Positions 1-8,083 of a stretch of DNA of 64,000 bases are shown here, in pieces (within the stretch, counting starts at the first letter, position 1; every line of letters starts with the position of its first letter). Source of the stretch: an uncultured Alphaproteobacteria bacterium. Its GTDB lineage: Bacteria > Pseudomonadota > Alphaproteobacteria > RF32 > CAG-239. The translations under genes were made by a program, and so were the position numbers. The notes under the pieces were generated by a model that saw nothing but the letters and a program-made list of their open reading frames with translations, did not search any database and had not been told where the DNA came from. Location: assembly GCA_902464275.1 (NCBI GenBank), contig CABQIK010000002.1, positions 80,485 through 144,484 on the forward strand, read 5' to 3'.

Positions 1-730
1 CACGGATACAACACATGATGTTGAATCCATGAATAGAGCGGTGGAACAAATGGTTAAAGAGGCCCTCGCTTGTACCGGTGTAGAAACGGTATTAAACGCA
101 AAAGAGGAAGAAGATATTTTTGACGAAACATTCCTGAAAGAATTGGAAGATGTCAAAATGCCCAATACTAAATTCCAGCTACTGGCCAAACTTCTGGGAC
201 AGGCAATAAAGGAATATGGTAAAGTTAATAAAGTTAAAGCCGAGCATTTTACAAAATTATTAAATGACACCGTGGATCAGTATAATACCCGCGATAAATT
301 AACCTTTACCAATGAAGTAGCAACAGATACTGTAAATGCTATTAGTGAGATGGTTGAGGAAAAAGTAACTTCTCTGACGGAAAAACTTCTTGATTTGTTT
401 AAGAGTTTGAAAAGAGATAAAGAAGAATTTAAAAAGCTCGGTATTACCTTTGAAGAAAAGGCATTTTATGACATTTTAGTTGATGTCCGGGACACTCACA
501 AATTTGAATATCCGGAGGAAAAATGTAAAATTCTGGCGCAGAGAATTAAAGAATTGGTTGAAAATGCGTCTTTATATGCGGATTGGATAAACAACGATAA
601 TATCCGTAATGGACTTGCTAGTGATTTAACTAAACTTCTGTATAAAAAAGGATATCCGCCAGAATGGGATGATGAAATATTCCAAAAGATATTAGAACAA
701 GTGGAAAACTTTAAGAAATATCAGGGATAA
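1..730 (+). CDS. hsdR: Type I restriction enzyme R subunit (HsdR), C-terminal part; 5' end outside window
   Basis: Frame is open from nt 2 (TDTTHDVES-MNRAVEQ...), so the M at 29 is internal. The helical C-terminal region, including EEKAFYDILV, resembles the conserved HsdR C-terminal (DUF3387-type) domain. Stop at 728-730. Confidence 0.65.
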   Translation, partial: TDTTHDVESMNRAVEQMVKEALACTGVETVLNAKEEEDIFDETFLKELEDVKMPNTKFQLLAKLLGQAIKEYGKVNKVKAEHFTKLLNDTVDQYNTRDKLTFTNEVATDTVNAISEMVEEKVTSLTEKLLDLFKSLKRDKEEFKKLGITFEEKAFYDILVDVRDTHKFEYPEEKCKILAQRIKELVENASLYADWINNDNIRNGLASDLTKLLYKKGYPPEWDDEIFQKILEQVENFKKYQG

Positions 731-739
731 GGAGATACA

Positions 740-2389
740 ATGTATTTTAGCTCTATAAAAATAAATAAATTTCGAGGATTAGAAAATCAGGAGATTTTCT
801 TAGGAAAATATGTCACTGTTATTTCAGGATTTAATCGAACGGGAAAATCCACAGTATTAGGACTATTAGCAAATAGTAGTGAAATCAAGGTAAAGGAGTG
901 CCGACCAATAAATACTAAGCAGTTTAATGCCGAGTTCAGTAAATTATTTAATGGTAGCGAAACTTTTGATAAAAGTGGTTCGGACAAACTTGAAATCTTT
1001 GTAAAAGATGATGATTGGAATCTTGTTGAAACTAGAAAATGTAGAACGACTTGGCAAAAACTTAAAGGAGTTAATAAAAAGAGATTCAGAGTGATTCCGT
1101 ACAAATGTGATACAAAAGGCAAAAAGATCAATGATGCAAAATTTTCTTATCCAGTTTTATACCTTGGACTTTCAAGGTTGTATCCATTGGGGGAATTAAA
1201 AGAAAAAAAGACAAAAGATGATAAAGAAGGTGTTAACATTATAAAAAAAGAAATAAAATTTCCTTCCGACGAGTATAAAGACTGGTATCAACAAAATTAT
1301 AAAAACATACTTTCAATAGAGGATAGTCTTATTATAAATAATTTTGATGAATATAGTATATCTTCCTTATCTAATTATAAGAAAACAGCAATCACAACAG
1401 AAGAATACGATTCTAACGCCAATTCTTCCGGAGAAGATAATATTGGTCAAATTTTATTATCTATTTTATCATTTAAAAAATTAAGAGAGACTAAACCCGA
1501 AACAAAAGGAGGATTGTTACTAATTGATGAATTAGATGCAACTTTACATCCTGTGGCGCAAATAAGACTTTTGGAATTATTAATAAAAAGTGCAAAGGAG
1601 TACAGCTTTCAGGTTGTATTTACAACTCATAGTTTAACTATATTATCTGAAGTTTGTTCAAAGATTCAACATAATGCGATGGAGGTTAATAATATAGAAT
1701 TAGCATATTTTAATAATGCAAATAGATACTTATCAATACAGCGAAATGCAGCCTATTGTGATATTGAAGCAAATCTACTAATAAAGAAGAAATCCAAAAA
1801 TTCTTATAAAATTAAAATTTTTTCAGAAGATGAGGAAGCCAGGTGGTTTTTCAAAAAAATATATCCTAAATACGATGATTTTGATTTAAAAAATATAAAA
1901 ATTGGTTGTGAGTCATTGATTTCTTTAATGAATGCAGATATAGAATATTTTTCCAGATCGATTATTATATTTGATGGCGATGTTGCGGACAATAAACTTG
2001 ATAACATAGACCAAATTTTTAAAAGAAATAAAAATTATATTAAACTACCAGCCCATAAGGAAGATGGTGCAAAAAGTCTTAATAATCCCGAAATGGAAAT
2101 ATATAACTATTTAATAAGTCTACCCAAAGATCATCCTTACTGGATAGATAATAATGAATCTGATTTTAACTATCGTTATATCTATGACCATGGACCTAAC
2201 AGTAAGGATTATGAGCATTTAGAAGCGAGACTAAGAGCAAAAAATTGGTTTAATGACAATCTAAATTCTATTGAACAGACCAGAGTGATGGATTATTGGA
2301 AACAAGATAATGATGAACTTTTGAAAAAATTCATCAATGACTTTGATGAAATCAATAATCGAATTATGAAAAAATTAATGTTAAAATAA
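740..2389 (+). CDS. RecF/SMC-type ABC ATPase with C-terminal Toprim-like region (OLD-family-like nuclease)
   Basis: 549 aa. Walker A GFNRTGKST, signature-like SSGED, Walker B LLLIDELDATLHP, H-loop FTTHS. C-terminal acidic motifs IFSEDEE and IIIFDGDV look Toprim-like. Starts 10 nt after the hsdR stop. Confidence 0.7.
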   Translation: MYFSSIKINKFRGLENQEIFLGKYVTVISGFNRTGKSTVLGLLANSSEIKVKECRPINTKQFNAEFSKLFNGSETFDKSGSDKLEIFVKDDDWNLVETRKCRTTWQKLKGVNKKRFRVIPYKCDTKGKKINDAKFSYPVLYLGLSRLYPLGELKEKKTKDDKEGVNIIKKEIKFPSDEYKDWYQQNYKNILSIEDSLIINNFDEYSISSLSNYKKTAITTEEYDSNANSSGEDNIGQILLSILSFKKLRETKPETKGGLLLIDELDATLHPVAQIRLLELLIKSAKEYSFQVVFTTHSLTILSEVCSKIQHNAMEVNNIELAYFNNANRYLSIQRNAAYCDIEANLLIKKKSKNSYKIKIFSEDEEARWFFKKIYPKYDDFDLKNIKIGCESLISLMNADIEYFSRSIIIFDGDVADNKLDNIDQIFKRNKNYIKLPAHKEDGAKSLNNPEMEIYNYLISLPKDHPYWIDNNESDFNYRYIYDHGPNSKDYEHLEARLRAKNWFNDNLNSIEQTRVMDYWKQDNDELLKKFINDFDEINNRIMKKLMLK

Positions 2390-2446
2390 TTCTGGCCAAA
2401 TAAAAATTTTTATGTTATAAAGGAGTTGTTATAAGAGGAAATATAT

Positions 2447-3304
2447 ATGCAAAACAATACACCACTTAGATACCCTGGAGGTAAAAGCAGAATAACAGGC
2501 TTTATCTCTAAAATTATAAAAGACAACAACATAATGAACGGTAGCTATGTTGAGCCTTTTGCTGGTGGGTGTGGTGTTGCGTTAAATTTGTTGTTGGAAG
2601 GAATTGTCAAGGAAATATACATAAATGACAAAGATCGTTCAATTTACGCTTTCTGGTATTCAATTCTAAATAATTGTAAAGAATTTGTTGAAAAAATAAA
2701 CTCTACGGATGTATCGGTTGAAGAATGGAAAAGACAACAGGAAATTCAAAAGAATAAAGAACAATGTGATTTGTTTGAATTAGGTTTTTCAACATTTTTC
2801 TTAAATAGAACAAATAGATCAGGTATTATTAAAGGCGGGATAATTGGTGGATTACAACAAAACGGACAATGGAAACTTGATGTCCGTTTTAACAAGAAAA
2901 AATTAATAGAAAAAATTTTGAAAATTGCTAGATATAAAGAGAGTATACATCTTTATAATTTAGATGCTGTTGATTTTTTAGATACAATTGTATCTCAATT
3001 AGATGTAACTAATACTCTATTTTATTTAGATCCTCCATATTATGTAAAAGGAGGACAACTTTATATGAATTACTTTAAACATGAAGATCATGTAAGAATT
3101 TTAAATGCTGTTAAGAAACTAAAGCATCATTGGTTAGTTTCGTACGATAATCATAAAGAAATTAACGAATTATATGACGGCATAAAAAATATAACATATC
3201 TGTTACGTTATACAGCAGGAACAAAATATAATGGATCAGAAATAATGTTTGCTAGTCCTGATTTGATATTCGACGAAACTGCACAGCCCTTAAAAATTAA
3301 GTAA
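2447..3304 (+). CDS. D12-class N6-adenine DNA methyltransferase (Dam-like)
   Basis: 285 aa with RYPGGKS, SAM motif EPFAGGCGV and catalytic DPPY (FYLDPPYY). RBS AAGAGGA lies upstream of the ATG. Confidence 0.88.
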   Translation: MQNNTPLRYPGGKSRITGFISKIIKDNNIMNGSYVEPFAGGCGVALNLLLEGIVKEIYINDKDRSIYAFWYSILNNCKEFVEKINSTDVSVEEWKRQQEIQKNKEQCDLFELGFSTFFLNRTNRSGIIKGGIIGGLQQNGQWKLDVRFNKKKLIEKILKIARYKESIHLYNLDAVDFLDTIVSQLDVTNTLFYLDPPYYVKGGQLYMNYFKHEDHVRILNAVKKLKHHWLVSYDNHKEINELYDGIKNITYLLRYTAGTKYNGSEIMFASPDLIFDETAQPLKIK

Positions 3305-3309
3305 CATGA

Positions 3310-4596
3310 TTATTTTTTAGAAAAATAATACTTCAGTATATCTGCAACACAATATGACAAATGCAATATATTATCTTTATCGTATGCTATTTCTCCATGT
3401 GCATATTTTGCTAACAATCCCTCTATATTCTCATTAGTATTCAACCAATTTTGTGTAATTACAGAGAGATTTAAGCATTCTTGAGACATTTCTTTTTTTG
3501 CTTTGTTAACGAAGTTTCCATATACATTCTTGTCCGAGGATATAATTTTTCTATTATTCTCTTTTTCAAATTGCTCGCGAGCAGCAAATTCCAGAAGTAA
3601 TCTTAAAGACATTCCTATAATAGGATAAATAATATCCTCTTTAATACTTTTATAAATTTCATCAATAGCTAAGTACAAATCATTTGTTTTTCCGGGTACT
3701 AAGCTCAAAGTTTCACCGAAAAGAGTCTCAGCTTTTTTTGCCCTTCTTGTTTTACGGTATACTTTTGTTTTATCAGCTTCTGGGGTTCCATAAGTAACAT
3801 TTTTAACTGGTCCCTTATTGTCTGTTTCAGAATATATGTTAATTCTATTTTCTATTCCAGTTTGAAGCTCCTTGATAGCCTCAATTGGATTTCCTCTATT
3901 TTTTCTGGTAGAAATATGTTCTTTATTAACAACTGAGACTACAGAATCTAACACCTCTTTAGCTTCATTTGGATTATATATACTAACCAGTTGGTTATTT
4001 TTTATTGCAAATCCCAATTTATGTAAATTATCTTTTTTCAACACTTCATTTTTTACAAAATCCTGATTCATACACTTATTATTCTCAATAATATGAGTGC
4101 TATCATTGATGATTAAAAAGTCAGACTTTTCCTTTCCTCTGTGTCTATATAAAAAATAATCTCTTTCTAATGCTTTCCATGATCCTGTTTCTACATGCTT
4201 TCTTTCAATATTATCTAGAGCTGTTTCTTTGTCACATACATTGCAAGGAATTTTATCTAAATTAAGGAAGTGTTCAATATTGCTAGGTAAGAACAATTTT
4301 CCCATAATTGATTGATATAATGTTTGATTTTGCAATATTTTAATTAGTGCAAGTCTTCTATTTCCGTCATAGACAATATAATCATCTTTATCTTTAACTA
4401 CAGTTGGAAGCTCACTAAAATCATAATGAGAGCCCATTTTATTTAAAAGTTTATCTAAGTTCCATTTTTCATGATCATCTTGAAGTGCATGTGATATAAT
4501 TTCAAAATCACTAGCTTCCTTATTAATAGGATCTCTTGGATTTTCACTCCATAAATGTAGTTTATTAATTTCTATATATTCAATTTGTTGTAACAT
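3310..4596 (-). CDS. ParB/Srx N-terminal-domain protein with long uncharacterised C-terminal region
   Basis: ENPRD and YDGNRR motifs fall within the first ~90 aa; the remaining ~340 aa are unassigned. The ORF track starts at TTG 4608; ATG 4596 is preferred, though neither has a strong SD. Converges on the methylase gene with 5 nt between stops. Confidence 0.65.
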   Translation of the reverse strand: MLQQIEYIEINKLHLWSENPRDPINKEASDFEIISHALQDDHEKWNLDKLLNKMGSHYDFSELPTVVKDKDDYIVYDGNRRLALIKILQNQTLYQSIMGKLFLPSNIEHFLNLDKIPCNVCDKETALDNIERKHVETGSWKALERDYFLYRHRGKEKSDFLIINDSTHIIENNKCMNQDFVKNEVLKKDNLHKLGFAIKNNQLVSIYNPNEAKEVLDSVVSVVNKEHISTRKNRGNPIEAIKELQTGIENRINIYSETDNKGPVKNVTYGTPEADKTKVYRKTRRAKKAETLFGETLSLVPGKTNDLYLAIDEIYKSIKEDIIYPIIGMSLRLLLEFAAREQFEKENNRKIISSDKNVYGNFVNKAKKEMSQECLNLSVITQNWLNTNENIEGLLAKYAHGEIAYDKDNILHLSYCVADILKYYFSKK

Positions 4597-4744
4597 AAAA
4601 CAGTCCAATAGGTATAAAAGTGTTAAAGATAAGTATGCGTATAGTAGGATATTATAATGAAAAATTCAAGAAAATACTATATTGTTTACTTTTTTATGGT
4701 ATTTGTAATCATATTTTTTTGCAAAAAAGGGATATTTATCTATC

Positions 4745-5209
4745 ATGATTAAAGTTCTGTTTGTATGTCTGGGGAATATTTGTCGGTCACCGATGGCGCA
4801 GTTTGTGTTTAAGCAAATGGTTAAGGAGCGCGGTTTGTCTGACCAGTTTGAAATTGATTCCGCCGCAACTGAAAGTTACAACGAAATGTGTCACGCCGGC
4901 ATTCATCATGGCACGCGCGAGATGTTGAAATCCATGCATGTGCCGTTCGAGGAGCATTATTCCCGCCGCATTCGTCCGCGCGATTATGTTTATTATGACT
5001 ATATTTTGGCGATGGATGGCAGCAACATTGAGGACATTCAATCACTTATAGGTCCAGATACGGGACACAAAATCCATCGTCTTCTTGATTTTACGAATAA
5101 TCCGCGCAATATTCGCGACCCTTGGTATACCGGCAATTTTGATGAGAGCTATTGTGATATTTACGAGGGCTGTCAGGCGTTTTTAGAACATTTATTGGAG
5201 GAGAATTAA
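4745..5209 (+). CDS. Low-molecular-weight protein-tyrosine phosphatase (LMW-PTP/ArsC fold)
   Basis: 154 aa with P-loop CLGNICRSP (CX5R-S) near the N-terminus and a DPWYTG loop near the C-terminus. Visibly GC-richer than its neighbours. Confidence 0.88.
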   Translation: MIKVLFVCLGNICRSPMAQFVFKQMVKERGLSDQFEIDSAATESYNEMCHAGIHHGTREMLKSMHVPFEEHYSRRIRPRDYVYYDYILAMDGSNIEDIQSLIGPDTGHKIHRLLDFTNNPRNIRDPWYTGNFDESYCDIYEGCQAFLEHLLEEN

Positions 5210-5213
5210 ATAA

Positions 5214-5972
5214 ATGAACTCTGAAATAGAATTAATTCCATTTATTAAACAAGCGCTCATAAATATAGAGACCAAAGAATTTAAAAGGACTAATAGTACA
5301 GCCATTTTATCTCTTAGAGTTTTATCTGGAGCGATTTTTGCGCTTTGCCGAGATGCTTTTACGTTATTGGAAAATAATAGAATATTTACAGCCTGCTCAT
5401 TAACATGTCAGGCGATTGAAGCGCAAATACAATTGTTATGTATTGATAAAATGTTTGATACAAAAGGCAGGGATTACTATGAATTTGCTTTTGTAGAACA
5501 ATTAAGAAGTTTATCAATAAATCCGCAATGGCAGGAGAAAACGCTTTTAAGAATGCACCACTATAATTGTGAAAGATTTTATACCGGTAAAGGTAAAAAT
5601 ACATCAGATATTGATAGCTATCATAAAAACTGGTATAGATCATTTGCTAACAGTATAAAAGACTTAAGCAAGATTGCTTTTCCTTATTTTAAGGAAATAT
5701 TTCATTCTCAAGGCATTGTTTTTGTAGAGGAAGATTTAGATATTGATTTGCTTTATGAAAATTACCAGACTTTATGTTCATTTAAGCATTTATCACCGTT
5801 TATTGTAGGAGAAACTTTCCAAGTACAAGGTAAATTACAAGAGGAACATAAGATTAATCACAAGGAAGTGGCTTTAACTAGTATATATACAGCACTTATA
5901 TCAGTAATATTAGTTCTTAATCGACATGGTGAACAAATACCAATTGAAGGATGTTTATTTAATAGAGCTTAA
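5214..5972 (+). CDS. Hypothetical protein (helical, no recognised motif)
   Basis: 252-aa ORF whose ATG lies 4 nt after the phosphatase stop. AT-rich composition unlike the phosphatase gene. Confidence 0.6.
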   Translation: MNSEIELIPFIKQALINIETKEFKRTNSTAILSLRVLSGAIFALCRDAFTLLENNRIFTACSLTCQAIEAQIQLLCIDKMFDTKGRDYYEFAFVEQLRSLSINPQWQEKTLLRMHHYNCERFYTGKGKNTSDIDSYHKNWYRSFANSIKDLSKIAFPYFKEIFHSQGIVFVEEDLDIDLLYENYQTLCSFKHLSPFIVGETFQVQGKLQEEHKINHKEVALTSIYTALISVILVLNRHGEQIPIEGCLFNRA

Positions 5973-6212
5973 TTTCTTTGCTTGATACTCAACTTTCAAT
6001 TCATTTTGGCATTGTTTGTAGCGGGTGGCCATTTGTTCTAATTTAAATTGCAGGCGGTTAAGGCGGTCGCGAGGTCTGACCGGTAGCGGATTACCGTAGG
6101 CATTTTTGAGTAAAGTTTCGATTTGAGTTAATGTGCGGCCGGCGTGGTAATAAACCATTACAAAGTTTGTCCGGTTGCTCGGTTTAATATCCTCGTATTT
6201 GTGCATTTTCAT
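5955..6212 (-). CDS. Small hypothetical protein (85 aa)
   Basis: ATG at 6212 preceded by AAAGGATATAC is preferred over the ORF-track start at 6266. GC-richer than flanks. The 3' end overlaps the convergent 5214..5972 ORF by 18 nt. Confidence 0.5.
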   Translation of the reverse strand: MKMHKYEDIKPSNRTNFVMVYYHAGRTLTQIETLLKNAYGNPLPVRPRDRLNRLQFKLEQMATRYKQCQNELKVEYQAKKLSSIK

Positions 6213-6331
6213 TGTATATCCTTTCGTTGCAATCCAATAGATGCTTGAAAATGAACAAAAGTCCAAAGAAATATTTAGTATTGCACTTTTATATTTTTTA
6301 GGATAGCCTCGCCTTAAATAGGAGAACTAAA

Positions 6332-7318
6332 ATGAGCTTATTTTTGGATGGCAAGCAGTATTTTGAAAAGAAATATACAAATGAAAGTAATTTTGAACAA
6401 ACTATTTATCAAAATTACAGAATGCTTTTTGGTAATAATACACTTTACATAAATTCAAAACAAAAGATTAAAACAAACACCCATAAAGGAACGATTCCTG
6501 ATGGATACCTTTTTGACTTTGAGTTAGAAGATTTTTATTTAGTTGAAGTAGAGTTAGCAAAACACGATGCTTATGATCATATCCTTCCTCAGATTACAAA
6601 ATTTTTTAATGCCTTGACTGAAAAGAGCAAAAAAGAGCTTATAGATAATATAGATCATATTATTAATTCTGATGAAAAACTAAAAAAAGAATTCCAAGAA
6701 CGTAATAAAGGTAAAGAAATTCACCGTACCATTTCTGATATCATCAATAATTCTTCAAAAATTTTACTTATTATTGATGATAATAATCCGTCGCTGAGAG
6801 AGATTAGTTCTCTCTATTCAGAGTGGGAAAATGTAAAAATTTTAGTAATAAAGGAATTTTCTGGTAAAGATAGATCAATTTTCACGTCTGAACCAGATTT
6901 TGCTATTTTGGATACTTCTGAATCTAATTTTGAAACAAGCATTGATGCATCAAATTCTGAATACACAGTAGAATATCACCTTCAAAATAGTAATAACTTC
7001 ATAAAGGATATATATAACTCTCTGGAAGAAAAATTGAAAAATTATCCAGAGATAGTGTTTAATGTACAAAAATATTATATTGCGCTGAAAAGGAAAAGAA
7101 ATTTTGCTTACTTAAAGCCCAAAAAGAACAGTTTAAAGATTGTTCTAAAGCTACCTTATAAACAAGTACTCTCCAAAGTGAAGCATTATCAAGTAAAGGA
7201 GTGTACACCTCCAGTGAAGAATTTTTATGGTGCAGATTGTTGTTGGATTAAAGTTGACAACGCAAATTATGTTGGTGAGGTCTTAAAAGTTTTAGAAGAA
7301 GCCTATCTATCAAATTAG
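6332..7318 (+). CDS. PD-(D/E)xK-like nuclease-fold protein with DUF5655-like C-terminal domain
   Basis: 328 aa. IPDGYLFDF ... FYLVEVELAKHD fits a PD-(D/E)xK core. The C-terminal YYIALKRKRNFAYLKPKKNSLKIVLKL region resembles DUF5655. RBS AGGAGAA. AT-rich. Confidence 0.6.
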   Translation: MSLFLDGKQYFEKKYTNESNFEQTIYQNYRMLFGNNTLYINSKQKIKTNTHKGTIPDGYLFDFELEDFYLVEVELAKHDAYDHILPQITKFFNALTEKSKKELIDNIDHIINSDEKLKKEFQERNKGKEIHRTISDIINNSSKILLIIDDNNPSLREISSLYSEWENVKILVIKEFSGKDRSIFTSEPDFAILDTSESNFETSIDASNSEYTVEYHLQNSNNFIKDIYNSLEEKLKNYPEIVFNVQKYYIALKRKRNFAYLKPKKNSLKIVLKLPYKQVLSKVKHYQVKECTPPVKNFYGADCCWIKVDNANYVGEVLKVLEEAYLSN

Positions 7319-7623
7319 TCCACTTCAATCCCCATGTAACGGCAGTATGAGGAACCGGACGGGTCAACGTAAAGTGTTGGCTTGCCTTGGCATTTTAAGG
7401 CAACTACTTGGCGGTGGTTTTCATCATCATAACCGCCTTTGCCGGATAAAAAGATGTAATCGTCAAGTGGTGATCGGCACACAGCATTATACCAGACCGG
7501 AGGCAGGTTGACCGTTTCTGCTACCATCACTTCTTCGGCCTGCACGTTATAGCGCTGACATAATTCCATAACTTCATCGATATCTGAGGGCTTCCGGACC
7601 ATGTAAATCTTAACTGTTTTCAT
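7315..7623 (-). CDS. Small hypothetical protein (102 aa)
   Basis: RBS AAAGGAAATAC precedes the ATG. GC-richer than flanks. The 5' leader is homologous to that of 5955..6212. No domain assigned. Confidence 0.55.
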   Translation of the reverse strand: MKTVKIYMVRKPSDIDEVMELCQRYNVQAEEVMVAETVNLPPVWYNAVCRSPLDDYIFLSGKGGYDDENHRQVVALKCQGKPTLYVDPSGSSYCRYMGIEVD

Positions 7624-8083
7624 TGTATTTCCTTTCGTTTGATACAGTGAATGCTTGGAAATGGGGCAATATCAAGTACAATATGACGTTTGTCGCACAA
7701 TTATTCAAAATTTCAGAGAAATACTGATTTTTTGAGCGGCTGTATTGGGCATACAGTGCTAGGAAAATTGGTGTTTATATGAAATTTTGAAGTTTGCCCT
7801 TCGGGTTTGCCTGCAAAAGTGTTCTGCTTTGTCATTAAACTTGAAAATATGCTCTATATTCTCGGCGTTTAACTCCGCGCATAACGCTTTTGCAGAGCAA
7901 ATGCAACAATGTTATACTGCACTTGGTATTGCCCGTCAGTCCAGTGAAAAAAACTATTTTCTTGAAAAAATCCCGAATTTTAGCGAAAAACTTAATGATT
8001 ATGTGATTTTTTCACACAATCTCTTGACTTTTTATTAAAAATGACATATATTTCGAAGACAACAGGTAAAAAAGGGGCAAAAA

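Noticed and set aside
7787-8038. 83-aa ORF in the gap upstream of the AbiL-like ATPase
   Set aside because: It has no RBS and starts at a non-ATG codon in the track. The peptide is odd and low-complexity. The ORF overlaps the TTGACT promoter of the 8084 gene. It is more likely non-coding DNA or a decayed remnant.
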